Shown here in pieces: positions 1 to 10,079 of a stretch of 64,000 bases of DNA; the first letter of the stretch is position 1, and each line of letters opens with the position of its first letter. The stretch covers positions 43,275 through 107,274 of the forward strand of contig JAKOXV010000024.1 of NCBI GenBank assembly GCA_029780855.1. The letters run 5' to 3'. The stretch is from a bacterium. Its GTDB lineage: Bacteria > Patescibacteriota > Saccharimonadia > Saccharimonadales > JAUPVS01. The notes under the pieces are model-generated. The model ran no database searches, had not been told where the DNA came from, and was given only the letters and a program-made list of their open reading frames with translations. The position numbers were made by a program, and so were the translations under genes.

Positions 1-58
1 ATTGACGAACTCAGTCCTAAAACATCAGGAAAGAGTGGGTGGGGAAGGCGGGAAGCCC

Positions 59-826
59 TCAGGAGTTGAGGATGTCTTCGATCTCGACGATCAACGACTT
101 CAGCCGATCCTGTCCGAAAACGAACCGGATGTGCCGTCGAACGACCGAGGCCGAGACAGTCTCGTCCAGAGCAGCCAGGAGCAACTGTGTCGCTTCCAAC
201 TGGTAGACGAGAGTCCTGCCGATCACCGTGGCTTCTCCGTCCTCCGGATCCATCGGTCGACTCCTCACCGGGCTGACAGGAGGCATCTCCTCGCTTGCCG
301 GCTCAACCCTGCGCTGCTCATGAAGGGCGGGCACGGTATCCTCGGCAGCGACGTCGAATGCCCGATTGCCAGGAAGGAGGTTCGACACCATGACCTCGCG
401 GTACTCGGCGACGATCTCATCCAGCGTGTCCTTGTGGGACTCGACGTAGCGGATGAGTCGGTGCTGCTTGTCGGGATACAGCCCGCTGCCACGCAGGATG
501 AGGTCGTAGATGCCGTTGGTATTGGCGTATCCGATCTCCTCCGTAGCTCCCTCGACCGTGATGAGGTCAAAGGCGATCAACGTGGCGAAGGACTGCGTCA
601 CCGCAGGCAGCGCCTTGAACTCCTCGACCTGGTAGCCGAGCAGCCCCAGGAAGACGCGCAGCCGAAGCTGCTCAGACCCCTTGGGAATCGTGCCCGACTG
701 CCAGGTACGAACCGTGTCCTCCGTGACCTTGGCAAACTGCGCCAGGGCTGGAAGGAGGTGGTTCGACTCGAAGCGCTCGAAGAGGTCCTTCTGGCACTCA
801 GCGGAGGTTCCGCTCATCAGTGCCAT
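59..826 (-). CDS. GC-rich hypothetical protein with Cro/CI-like helix-turn-helix, possibly duplicated
   Basis: C-terminal part of ORF 59..1513. ATG at 826 overlaps the upstream TGA (TGATG) and follows GGAGGA. LAQFAKVTEDTVRTWQSG resembles an HTH. High GC3. Confidence 0.6.
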   Translation of the reverse strand: MALMSGTSAECQKDLFERFESNHLLPALAQFAKVTEDTVRTWQSGTIPKGSEQLRLRVFLGLLGYQVEEFKALPAVTQSFATLIAFDLITVEGATEEIGYANTNGIYDLILRGSGLYPDKQHRLIRYVESHKDTLDEIVAEYREVMVSNLLPGNRAFDVAAEDTVPALHEQRRVEPASEEMPPVSPVRSRPMDPEDGEATVIGRTLVYQLEATQLLLAALDETVSASVVRRHIRFVFGQDRLKSLIVEIEDILNS

Positions 827-1890
827 CAGTCCTCCTCCCCGAACTCCTCGATGTCGCTGTCGTACATCCCCCGGCGCAGCTGGAGCCTGCGGGTCCGCCG
901 GCCGGAGTTGATGTGCTTGACGAAGTGCCAGTAGAGCGTGTCCGCCGCCATGCCGCTCGAGGACGCCAGTCGCATCAGCTCCGGGTCGTCGACCGGGAAC
1001 TGGGCGAGCTTGTTGACGACGCTCTTGTCGACGACGAGCTTGTCGCCGTCCCAGAAGTTGACGTGGTCGCTGAGCACCTTGGCGAGGGTGATCAGGAACG
1101 TTGCCTTCAGGAACGGAGCTCCCTGGCGGTAGGCCACCCGGCGGATGCCCCAGGCCTGGTCGACGACGTCGAAGAAGAGCCGGATGTTCTGGATGAACGT
1201 GGCCCGACCGACGTTGTCCATGATCTTCTGCAGGCCGTTGGCCAGCTCGATCACGTTGGAGCCCGAACCGGGGCCGGCGTGACCGTGGAGCCGCCCGACC
1301 ACCTTGACGAGGGTCGTCGCGGTGAGCAGGTCGTTGCCACGGCGCATCTGCTGCTGCCAGCAGATCTTGTCCGTGAGGACGAAGGCCTCGCTGCCGGAGA
1401 GCTTGTAGAGCGCGTCCATCGCCGGCACGGTCACCCGCTTGTTGCGCAGGGTCACGTTGCCGGAGAGGCCGGTCTGACCGACGTTGAGGTCCTCGAAGCG
1501 CTCGCGCTCCCACTCCTCGTTCGTCCCGAAGTGGATGACCGCTCCCAAGTGGGGGATCACCTCGCAGGACTCGTCGAGCAGCATCTCCTGTGCGGCCGAG
1601 ACCCGCTGCAGGCCGTCCACGATGTAGACGGGGTCCTGCAGGTAGAAGCTGCCGCTGACCTCACGGCACCGCTGGCCTCGCATGCCGAGGTCGATGTCCG
1701 GCACTCGGCTGCGCATCAGCGCCTTCTTGAGCTTGCGGATCTTCTCCTTGGAGAGGATCTCGCGCTGGTAGTCGTCGACCTGGAGGAAGCCAAGGCTGTC
1801 CGGATCGATGACACCGCGCAGGACGATCTCCCCCTGAGGGGTCTCGTCGAGGGCGGCGTTGATCACCTTCACGCTTTCGCGATCGGCCAT
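826..1890 (-). CDS. GC-rich ParB/Srx-superfamily (DGQHR-like) protein
   Basis: Motifs LQVDDYQRE and YIVDGLQR. GAAAGGA RBS upstream of ATG 1890. High GC3. Confidence 0.65.
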   Translation of the reverse strand: MADRESVKVINAALDETPQGEIVLRGVIDPDSLGFLQVDDYQREILSKEKIRKLKKALMRSRVPDIDLGMRGQRCREVSGSFYLQDPVYIVDGLQRVSAAQEMLLDESCEVIPHLGAVIHFGTNEEWERERFEDLNVGQTGLSGNVTLRNKRVTVPAMDALYKLSGSEAFVLTDKICWQQQMRRGNDLLTATTLVKVVGRLHGHAGPGSGSNVIELANGLQKIMDNVGRATFIQNIRLFFDVVDQAWGIRRVAYRQGAPFLKATFLITLAKVLSDHVNFWDGDKLVVDKSVVNKLAQFPVDDPELMRLASSSGMAADTLYWHFVKHINSGRRTRRLQLRRGMYDSDIEEFGEED

Positions 1891-2064
1891 GATGGATGGG
1901 TTTCCTTTCGGTGAGGGGTTAAGCTCCCATGCTTGGGATAGCAACCCACTACGCTGTCAATGTACGTGCCGGTGTTTTTAGTGTTGGCGCACTGATGTTC
2001 TTTTGGCGCAATGCCTTAAGAACCACCTAGTTTCCTAGGAATATCCCTCTGGGATTCACGCAGT

Positions 2065-2093
2065 ATTTTATCATAAATATGCAGTTTTGTAAA
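2065..2093 (-). promoter_or_regulatory. sigma70-type promoter of the GC-rich two-gene cassette
   Basis: Minus strand TTTACA-17 nt-TAAAAT. Confidence 0.6.
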
Positions 2094-2097
2094 CTAT

Positions 2098-4665
2098 TTA
2101 CCTGAGATGAATGGTGGTACCGTCGTCAGAACTGGGGGATGGTACTATCTGGCTAGTTTCCTGCTTGTTGAAGGGGGAGTCAGTTGTTTTCTTTTTGCGG
2201 CGCCGAGTTCGTTTGCGCTTGGGCTTTTCCGGTACCGGGTCAATCATTACCTCAGTAGCTACCGGGGTAAGGTGCGTTTCAGGTTTTGGATCGGGCTGTT
2301 GAGATTTATCGGCTTGTGGTGGCGTTGGCTTGGGCGATTTCTTTTGATTGTTTTGAGTATTTTTTTGCACGGTATTCGCTAGCTGCTGGGGCGTAATGTA
2401 GCGGTCTTGCACATAGACCTCTACATCGGCACGTGTAATCGCGAATTGCTCACGGCTATGGGCGATTATCTCATCGCTAAAATCATCGGTCTGCTGTGGC
2501 AGATTAAGGCTGAAAGCAGAAAAAGCTGGTACTTTTTCACCATCAATCGTCATACTGATTATAAAATTGCGGTTGTGCATGTGCACTAGATCATACTCCG
2601 TAAACTTGGGCTCAAAGTAGCGAGCCATGGTGCGGGCATCGTCCGCACTGGAACGGAAGGAAATAATTGACCCGACGTTCCCAAACACCGCGTCTTTTAC
2701 CGTATCCATCATCTGTGCAATGTACTGGTTTGCAACCGTCAAGTTCAGGGCATACTTACGGGCTTCTGACAAAATCGTCGCAAATGAATCAGTCGCAAAG
2801 TTCTGGAACTCGTCCACATACAGATAGAACGGAACACGATCTTTTTCATCAATATCTGCACGGGACATTGCACCCATCTGGATTTTGGTTACCATCAATG
2901 CACCAAGCAGCGAAGCGTTATCTTCGCCAATCAGACCTCGGGACAGATTTACAATCAATATTTTCCGATCATCCATAATCTGCCGAATATTAAAGCTACT
3001 CTTGGGCTGGCCGATGATATTCCGCACAATCGGGTTAGCAGTAAAGGCGCCCACCTTGTTCAAAACTGGCGCAACAGCTTCGGTGGCGAACTTATCATTC
3101 CAGCTCGCAAACTCAACGTTCCAAAAATTTATCACTACCGGGTCAGTTACGTGCGAAACAACATCTTTACGGAAACTTTTATCGGTGAGCATTCTGGTAA
3201 TATCCAGCATGGTAGCATCGGGGTACTCAATGAGCGCCAGCAGAGTGTAGCGCAAAATGTACTCCAGCCGTGGGCCCCATGATTCAAACATGCGCTTCAA
3301 GACCCCAATAAGTTCAGATACCGTTGTGGTGCGAAGTTTAGGATCGCCAACTTCCAGAGGGTTAAACGCAATTGGGAAGTCGGTATCAGCAGGATTAAAG
3401 TAAATAACGTCTTTGGCACGTTCACGGGGTATGCGCTTTAGAATGTTGATGGCATAATCGCCGTGCGGATCGATGACCGCAAACCCGTGGGGGCTGTAGA
3501 TATCGGAGATAGTAAGTAGTTCCAGCATACCGGACTTACCGGTACCGGTCTGACCAATGATATAAAGGTGGCGTGAACGGTCCTGCCGCAACAGCCCAAA
3601 CATAGTGTTGTGCCCCCGAAAGTTAGTGACCGCAATAGGGGAGAGGTCGGCATGATATTCATTTCCTTCAACAATCGGCAATGTTGCTGGCGGCTCGGCG
3701 GTAGCGGTCGATGACCACAAGATATTTGGTGTTTCCACGCTGGTATGAGGTAGGTGATACAAACTAGCTACCTCTTCAATATTCATGGTAAAGCCCGGGC
3801 CTTTATAGCGTCGTTCGGCAAATAGCTGGATTCCATGTGGTTCAGCGGTAATGTACTTTTCAGTAAATCCGTTCAGGTAAGTAGAATTAAACTGCTTAAA
3901 ACTGGATATAATCGCCTGCACCCGCATGCGAGCTTGAGAAGGAGAAGTAACCCCCCGGTAGACCAGCCGAATTGCTGCTTCATAGGCTATTTTTTGGCTC
4001 TTTTGTTCAGCGCCACTGATCTGAGCGTTTTGATACTCACTGAGCTGTGCTGGCTTTCCATCAGATTGCTCTGGTGGCGCCCATAGAGCCCCGGCTATGC
4101 CTTTCATGCCGCTACCTTTGGCTGCTTTCATATTAGCAATGTATTTTTCTGTCTTCTTGTACCAGTTTTCTGTTGCTGGCTGAACAAGAACTTGAATCCA
4201 CGCCTCTTCGTTCATCTCAAACTTGGCTAACGTAGCGGTGATCGCAGCCAACGGGTCAACCTCAAAACTGGGAAACGTTTTGATAGGCAACACATCGTTT
4301 TTGGTAAATTTGAGTTCAGCAGTAAGTTGGGTTACGTGATCTTGCTCTGGAGGAACTACGGCGTAATCATCTATTCGTGTTATATGAACAGTAGGGTACT
4401 GGGCGTAAATCTGTTCCTCTACGAAGCTTTCCAGCTCGCGCGGAACCCAAATATAAAAACCGATCCGCTTTTGTTTAACGGCAATTTCCATACTTATTCG
4501 TTCGCGCGCCTGTTTAGAAGATCCGTAGGAAGACAGCAACAACCCATGCACGCTGGCAAACATCTGCTCGGCGGCAAGCTCTTTTTTGTCGTTCGTGCGG
4601 GGAACCTGCAAGAGAAGGGTAACACCGTCGGCGGTATGAGTTGGTGCTTTTTTAAATAGTCGCAT
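2098..4665 (-). CDS. VirD4/TraD/HerA-like ATPase (type IV secretion coupling-protein family)
   Basis: Walker A GQTGTGKS, IDPHGD, Walker B LYVDEFQNF, SEARKY; basic disordered C-terminus. Confidence 0.85.
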   Translation of the reverse strand: MRLFKKAPTHTADGVTLLLQVPRTNDKKELAAEQMFASVHGLLLSSYGSSKQARERISMEIAVKQKRIGFYIWVPRELESFVEEQIYAQYPTVHITRIDDYAVVPPEQDHVTQLTAELKFTKNDVLPIKTFPSFEVDPLAAITATLAKFEMNEEAWIQVLVQPATENWYKKTEKYIANMKAAKGSGMKGIAGALWAPPEQSDGKPAQLSEYQNAQISGAEQKSQKIAYEAAIRLVYRGVTSPSQARMRVQAIISSFKQFNSTYLNGFTEKYITAEPHGIQLFAERRYKGPGFTMNIEEVASLYHLPHTSVETPNILWSSTATAEPPATLPIVEGNEYHADLSPIAVTNFRGHNTMFGLLRQDRSRHLYIIGQTGTGKSGMLELLTISDIYSPHGFAVIDPHGDYAINILKRIPRERAKDVIYFNPADTDFPIAFNPLEVGDPKLRTTTVSELIGVLKRMFESWGPRLEYILRYTLLALIEYPDATMLDITRMLTDKSFRKDVVSHVTDPVVINFWNVEFASWNDKFATEAVAPVLNKVGAFTANPIVRNIIGQPKSSFNIRQIMDDRKILIVNLSRGLIGEDNASLLGALMVTKIQMGAMSRADIDEKDRVPFYLYVDEFQNFATDSFATILSEARKYALNLTVANQYIAQMMDTVKDAVFGNVGSIISFRSSADDARTMARYFEPKFTEYDLVHMHNRNFIISMTIDGEKVPAFSAFSLNLPQQTDDFSDEIIAHSREQFAITRADVEVYVQDRYITPQQLANTVQKNTQNNQKKSPKPTPPQADKSQQPDPKPETHLTPVATEVMIDPVPEKPKRKRTRRRKKKTTDSPFNKQETSQIVPSPSSDDGTTIHLR

Positions 4666-4807
4666 ACGTTTACACTACAATATCATTAAACTGTTATATT
4701 TGCAAGGTTAAGCTGTTTGTACTCATACTATTGTAGTCGCTTTGGGCTCGGAATGAAACGGCTATTAACATTGGCAAGCAAAAGGGTAAGTTGCTACAAT
4801 ACTGCTT

Positions 4808-6046
4808 ATGATTGATGATATTGTGCCGCCGGGTCCGCCCGAGCAGCCAAATAAAAATGCGCCGCGAAGCGAAAAACCCCCAAAAACGACTGAACTACCA
4901 AAGAAAGAAGCATCGGAAAATACCGATTCTCATCCTGCAGAGTTTGCAATTTCGGGTCATAAGTACGTCAAAGATCGCCGATCGTTCCGGATTTGGCCGA
5001 GTCATCTGGCCAAGAAATGGCAGATACTTATCGGGGCGGGTATTTTTTTAGTTACCGCTGGAGTTATTGGCGGTATCCTCTGGTATCAGCACACCCACAA
5101 ACCAAAGGTCACTAAACCGGTGGTAGTAACCAAAAAAGCTCCACCGCCGGCGCCCACAACCGTAGCATCACCCCTGACAGGAGTGCAAGTTACACCAGAA
5201 TTGGCTAAACACATCGTAACCGGTGTAATGATAGAGAACAGTCCCGATGCCAGACCTCAGTCAGGCCTCAAGGATGCCGGCGTGGTTTACGAAGCTATCG
5301 CTGAGGGCGGTATAACCCGCTTTTTGGCTCTATTCCAGGAAGCAACGCCCGATTACATCGGCCCAGCTAGAAGTGCCCGGCCATACTACCTTGACTGGGT
5401 ACTGCCCTATGATGCCGGCTATGCTCATGTAGGTGGCAGCCCCGAGGCGCTCGCCCAGATCAAGCAGCTCGGAATTAAAGACATGGATCAGTTCTATAAC
5501 AGCGCCTACTACTGGCGAGTAAGTAATCGTTACGCGCCCCACAATATGTACACCAGCATAGCCAAGCTTAATGAGGGTGAAGCCAAAAAAGGCTGGACAA
5601 CAAGCAACTTTACCGGCTTCGCCCGTAAAGCAAAAGAAGAGCCGGCCGCTACTCCGACCGCCAAGAGTATTGATTTTGCCATCTCTAGTTACCTATACAA
5701 TGTGCACTATGATTATGATGCCGCCACCAATTCTTACCTTAGGAGCGAGGGCGGTAAACCACATATGGACGAAAAGTCCAACTCACAGCTTGCGCCAAAA
5801 GTGGTTATTGCGCTGGGCATGCACCACTCTATAGAGGCTGATGGTTACCACAGCGCCTACGCCACCGTAGGTTCTGGTCCGATGTTCGTGTTTCAGGATG
5901 GCGTACAGACTCAAGGCACCTGGACTAAGGCAGACAGAGGCTCTCAGTTCACCTTTACTGATGCAAACGGCAAGCCGCTAAAACTGAACCCCGGACAAAC
6001 GTGGATAACTATGGTTGAGGGCGCCAGTAGCATTACGGCGCAATAA
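4808..6046 (+). CDS. DUF3048 (YerB-like) membrane-anchored protein
   Basis: One TM helix; SPLTG, MIENSPDARPQSGL, EGGITRF, GPARSAR, APHNMY motifs. Confidence 0.85.
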   Translation: MIDDIVPPGPPEQPNKNAPRSEKPPKTTELPKKEASENTDSHPAEFAISGHKYVKDRRSFRIWPSHLAKKWQILIGAGIFLVTAGVIGGILWYQHTHKPKVTKPVVVTKKAPPPAPTTVASPLTGVQVTPELAKHIVTGVMIENSPDARPQSGLKDAGVVYEAIAEGGITRFLALFQEATPDYIGPARSARPYYLDWVLPYDAGYAHVGGSPEALAQIKQLGIKDMDQFYNSAYYWRVSNRYAPHNMYTSIAKLNEGEAKKGWTTSNFTGFARKAKEEPAATPTAKSIDFAISSYLYNVHYDYDAATNSYLRSEGGKPHMDEKSNSQLAPKVVIALGMHHSIEADGYHSAYATVGSGPMFVFQDGVQTQGTWTKADRGSQFTFTDANGKPLKLNPGQTWITMVEGASSITAQ

Positions 6047-6050
6047 CATT

Positions 6051-7586
6051 ATGGATCATTTCACCCGCCTGAAGCGCCAAATACAGAGTTACGCATTCAT
6101 ACTTGGCGCCATCGAGGTCACATTACTTGTTTCTGCGGCTTGGGCGGCAGGCTTTTTCTTTAATATCAACCAGACAGTTATTGACTTAGTAGTTCTGGTG
6201 TTCGGCGTGGGAGCCGCGTGGTTGTATGCCACACTTGTCACCAACTACGCTACCGAACCAATAGAGTTTCTGTGGCGCGCAATCTTGCATGTATCGCCGA
6301 ATCACGTTGGGGTTGTAGCCCCCAACCTCAATGATAGCCATGTGGGCAGGGAATTAGTCACCAGTTTGTCGTTACAGGTCTACCAGCTCGCCAGTACCAG
6401 CGGGGCCATGCAGCAGGCTTCTCCAAACCACAGTTTGCTAGTTGCTGAATCAATGGCCAACAATTTACCGTTACCCCTGTTTGCAATGGACAAGAACCAA
6501 AACATCACCTTTGTGAACGAAGCGGGATTACACTATATTTCCCGTACCGCGAGCGACACCGTAGGGAAGCCATTCTATGACGTCTTGGATTTATCGTTTC
6601 AGGACAATCAAACGTTTGACGCCTGGCTGCAGGACTGTCGAGCAAATAAAGTGACTGACAGCCGCTCTTGGGAACGGGTCAGAATGAAGCTATCAGACCA
6701 GAAAACCTTGCGTCAGTTTGATATGGCAGCCTACTACAACAAAGAAAACTCTGCTGGGGTAGAAACGGCTATCGCGTTCTTTGATCAGAGCTCTCGGTAC
6801 TCTGCAGATGACAACGCACTGAGCTTCATCGCCCTTGCCGTTCACGAACTCCGGACCCCGCTAACCATGCTTCGCGGGTACATAGAAGTTTTTGAGGATG
6901 AGCTTGGCAGTCAGCTGGACCCCGACCACGCCCGCTTTATGCATCAGATGAATGCCTCTGCCCAGCAGTTGACTGCTTTCGTAAACAACATACTCAACGT
7001 TGCTCGCATAGAAGAAAACCAGCTCACCCTGCAGTTAACCGAAGAAGATTGGGGTACTGTGCTTAGTAATGCCGTCGCCGACCTTACGCTGCGTGCGCAG
7101 GTGCACGGTCTCACCATTGAATGCTCAGTTGACGGCAATGTACCGGCTGTGGGAGTCGATAAAGTTAGTATTTACGAAGTAATCAATAACCTGATTGACA
7201 ATGCCATCAAATACAGCGACAACGGGAAAAAAATCGTCATTCATTCATATGTTACAAAAGACGGCATGGTTGAAACGACCGTGCAGGATTTTGGCATCGG
7301 CATCCCCAGCAGTGTGATGCCACACCTGTTTGAAAAGTTTGAACGAAACCACCGCACCAGGTCACAAATTGGCGGGACCGGGCTGGGACTCTACCTCAGT
7401 AAAGCGATTATTAACGCACACGGCGGAAATATCTGGGTGAAATCTAAGGAAGAAGAAGGTAGTGTTTTTGGATTCACCATTCAGCCGTACGCTAAACTTG
7501 CCGATGAACAGAAAAATAGCAATAATAAAGACATTGTACGTGGAGCCCACGGCTGGATTAAGAACCATTCACTGTATAGGAGATAA
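6051..7586 (+). CDS. PAS-domain sensor histidine kinase
   Basis: Two TM helices, PAS, H-box AVHELRTPL, NLIDNAIKYS, GGTGLGL. Confidence 0.9.
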   Translation: MDHFTRLKRQIQSYAFILGAIEVTLLVSAAWAAGFFFNINQTVIDLVVLVFGVGAAWLYATLVTNYATEPIEFLWRAILHVSPNHVGVVAPNLNDSHVGRELVTSLSLQVYQLASTSGAMQQASPNHSLLVAESMANNLPLPLFAMDKNQNITFVNEAGLHYISRTASDTVGKPFYDVLDLSFQDNQTFDAWLQDCRANKVTDSRSWERVRMKLSDQKTLRQFDMAAYYNKENSAGVETAIAFFDQSSRYSADDNALSFIALAVHELRTPLTMLRGYIEVFEDELGSQLDPDHARFMHQMNASAQQLTAFVNNILNVARIEENQLTLQLTEEDWGTVLSNAVADLTLRAQVHGLTIECSVDGNVPAVGVDKVSIYEVINNLIDNAIKYSDNGKKIVIHSYVTKDGMVETTVQDFGIGIPSSVMPHLFEKFERNHRTRSQIGGTGLGLYLSKAIINAHGGNIWVKSKEEEGSVFGFTIQPYAKLADEQKNSNNKDIVRGAHGWIKNHSLYRR

Positions 7587-7588
7587 CC

Positions 7589-7996
7589 ATGAACCCAGAC
7601 AACCCCATACCGCAGACCCCCCAAACTCCGCGAAACCGCCGAGTGCTTTGCATAGAGGACGAACATTTCATTGGCGAACTATATGCCCGGGCGCTCACTA
7701 AAGCTGGGTATGACATAAACGTAATTGTCGACGGGGTCAAGGGGCTAGAAGAAGCCAAGACCAACCAGTATGACATTATTCTGCTCGATCTCATGATCCC
7801 TAATATGACAGGCATAGACCTACTTAAGAAGCTTCGCACTGATGTACCTAACCTAAAGGCTAAGATCATTATTACAACCAATCTGGAGCAAAAAGAAGAA
7901 ACCCGTAAGGGCATTGAAAGCCAGGCTGATGGCTACATTATCAAGGCCGAAATTACTCCTCACCAGCTCGTACAGATTCTTGACGGCATCGCCTAG
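7589..7996 (+). CDS. Single-domain response regulator
   Basis: IEDE, LLDLMIP, conserved K; adjacent to the kinase. Confidence 0.9.
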   Translation: MNPDNPIPQTPQTPRNRRVLCIEDEHFIGELYARALTKAGYDINVIVDGVKGLEEAKTNQYDIILLDLMIPNMTGIDLLKKLRTDVPNLKAKIIITTNLEQKEETRKGIESQADGYIIKAEITPHQLVQILDGIA

Positions 7997-9258
7997 GCTC
8001 GCTTCAAAAGCAGCTCGAAATAGCGCGTCCCCCCAAAAGGGATTTTTTGTTTAACCTTTTTCTGACCCTCTAGCGACTGGGCCGCTGCAATGACAAAGCT
8101 GCCGTACTGATCATTTATCTCATCAACGGCCGTAGTAAGCCACTCGGCCTTATTGACCTCATCAAACAAGCTTACCTGCGCTCGAGCCGACGCTGTTAGT
8201 TGGTAGCAGGTGATCCCCATAGCGCTCACCACCAAGTGTCGAGGCCGCTGATTAAACAGATACAGCGCCCGCTGGTAAATGTCACGATCAGTAAAAAAGG
8301 GAACCTTGAACATTTTGCGCTGATACCAGCCATCACCTGTCTGGAACTGTGCCCAAACCAGGATTCCGCGGGCGTCACAGGCGTTATACCGCAACTTTTT
8401 GCCAGTAGTTTCGCACAGGTACTGGAAGCGGGGGAGTAGCACGGCTTCGTCAGCGGTGCGTACGTCTAGCACAAACTGACGGCCCACGTTGCCTAATTTC
8501 GTTTTATAATCATCCACCTCATAGCCCCGTAGACGTTTATACCAATCTTCGCCCACGACGCTCTGAAACACCAACCGCTTGAGCGTGTCGTCAGAAGCAT
8601 CCAAAAATTCTAGCGGAGTCATGATGCCGGCAGCATTTAGCCGAGCCTTGTAGTGGCTGGCAATCCCCGTAAGATCGGTTAGCTCCAGCTCTTTGTATAC
8701 GGCGCGCAGATTACGGTAATCGATCCGATCCATTCCATCAGGCTTGTGCAAACCAGCAGCTGTCTTGGCTAAAAAGCGGTTGGGACCAATACCAATATTA
8801 ACCTTCATCCAACCGCCTAGCTCCCTCTGGAGTTCTCGCTTTATCTCGCGTCCAATATCCTCCAGGGGGCGTGTATTAATAACTTCTCGGGTACCATGAA
8901 AATCAATCACGCCCTCGTCAATACTCTTCATCACTACATCGGGTGAATAGCGCTTCATAATTGTCGCCAGCTTCTGGTAGACATAGTGATACTTGGGCGG
9001 ATCCGTCTCTAACATAATCAAATCAGGAACTAGCAGGCGAGCCTCATCGTAGCGCATGCCCACCTTCACACCGAGCGCCTTGGCTTCATAGGAGGCCGTA
9101 ATGACGCAGCAATGTGGCGTGATGCGGTTAGTAATGCCGATTGGCCGTCCGCGCAAAGAAGGATGCGCTTGCTGCTCGGTGGTAGCAAAAGCGCTGTTGA
9201 GATCGATATGCATGATGAGCACTTCTTCGGTGTTGATTGGTAGAGTAAAGCGTTTCAC
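7993..9258 (-). CDS. dinB: Y-family DNA polymerase (DinB/UmuC-like)
   Basis: HIDLNSAFA, ASYEAKALGV, SIDE, LAKTAA motifs; GTG start overlaps the upstream TGA. Confidence 0.88.
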   Translation of the reverse strand: MKRFTLPINTEEVLIMHIDLNSAFATTEQQAHPSLRGRPIGITNRITPHCCVITASYEAKALGVKVGMRYDEARLLVPDLIMLETDPPKYHYVYQKLATIMKRYSPDVVMKSIDEGVIDFHGTREVINTRPLEDIGREIKRELQRELGGWMKVNIGIGPNRFLAKTAAGLHKPDGMDRIDYRNLRAVYKELELTDLTGIASHYKARLNAAGIMTPLEFLDASDDTLKRLVFQSVVGEDWYKRLRGYEVDDYKTKLGNVGRQFVLDVRTADEAVLLPRFQYLCETTGKKLRYNACDARGILVWAQFQTGDGWYQRKMFKVPFFTDRDIYQRALYLFNQRPRHLVVSAMGITCYQLTASARAQVSLFDEVNKAEWLTTAVDEINDQYGSFVIAAAQSLEGQKKVKQKIPFGGTRYFELLLKRA

Positions 9259-9518
9259 GCATGCCCCTCCAACACGGCAACTAACGTCCACGTCAAACCC
9301 TCGGCGTCAAACTCTAGCCGGTAATCGTTTACGCCGTCGCTCATGTCAAACACATGCACCATCCGCTGGCCTTTGGCCGTAGGGTGTCGCAAACCCAGTT
9401 CCGTAAACACGATCTCTTGGTTCCGAAACTTCATTTTAGCGGGGTAGCACAACATGCCGACCGGTACATTCCTGCGGAACATTGCCAGTACTTCTACACG
9501 CTCATTAATAATGGTCAT
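9255..9518 (-). CDS. Small beta-rich protein coupled to the Y-family polymerase (paralog 2)
   Basis: Translationally coupled to the polymerase; similar to the upstream ORF (INE.V.V / FDM.DG...YRL / WTLV). Confidence 0.7.
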   Translation of the reverse strand: MTIINERVEVLAMFRRNVPVGMLCYPAKMKFRNQEIVFTELGLRHPTAKGQRMVHVFDMSDGVNDYRLEFDAEGLTWTLVAVLEGHA

Positions 9519-9528
9519 TCTGGGATCC

Positions 9529-9774
9529 TTACGCCGGGCGGGTTCCAACGAGCGTCCAGCTGTCATTTTCTAGGCGTAGGCGGTAAATAGTACGGCCGTC
9601 CGTCATATCAAATAGCTTAATCACGTGCTGTCCTTTGCGCACCAGATACTGAAAGCCATCCTCAAACGTGCAGCGCGTATTGCCGAATTCAATTTGCTTA
9701 GGCAGCATCCTGAACTGGCGTCCCTTCAAAAAGTAAAAGGCGTTTACGTTAACGATTTCGTTGATTGAGTTCAT
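9529..9774 (-). CDS. Small beta-rich protein (paralog 1)
   Basis: AAGGAG RBS before ATG 9774; paralog of the downstream ORF. Confidence 0.7.
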   Translation of the reverse strand: MNSINEIVNVNAFYFLKGRQFRMLPKQIEFGNTRCTFEDGFQYLVRKGQHVIKLFDMTDGRTIYRLRLENDSWTLVGTRPA

Positions 9775-10079
9775 ATCCAAAGCTCCTTCATTCATGAGGT
9801 TAAACGACAAAAAGCTAACAAAGATTACCGATGTTAGCGAACGGATTTTGGTTGTAGGAGCTGCCTGGTAGAAGGAACGAACCGTTCTTTCGCGCTTTCA
9901 TAACAGGAAGCTTTTTGCTTTGGATAGGCAGGGCAGGGACCGAAGTATGCGCGCCAATAATTCATAAAGTCTGTAGGCTATGGAAGGCCAGAGGCCCACT
10001 CATGCTCACATGACTACCTTTATTATACCAAGCTTGGCAATCCTATAAACGTAGTAATTTTTGATATACTGACCGGGAA

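Noticed and set aside
2..1914. Long plus-strand ORFs 2..934 and 820..1914, and the 5' extension of 59..1513
   Set aside because: Shadow frames of GC3-rich minus-strand genes, which have the RBSs, motifs and coupled stop/start.
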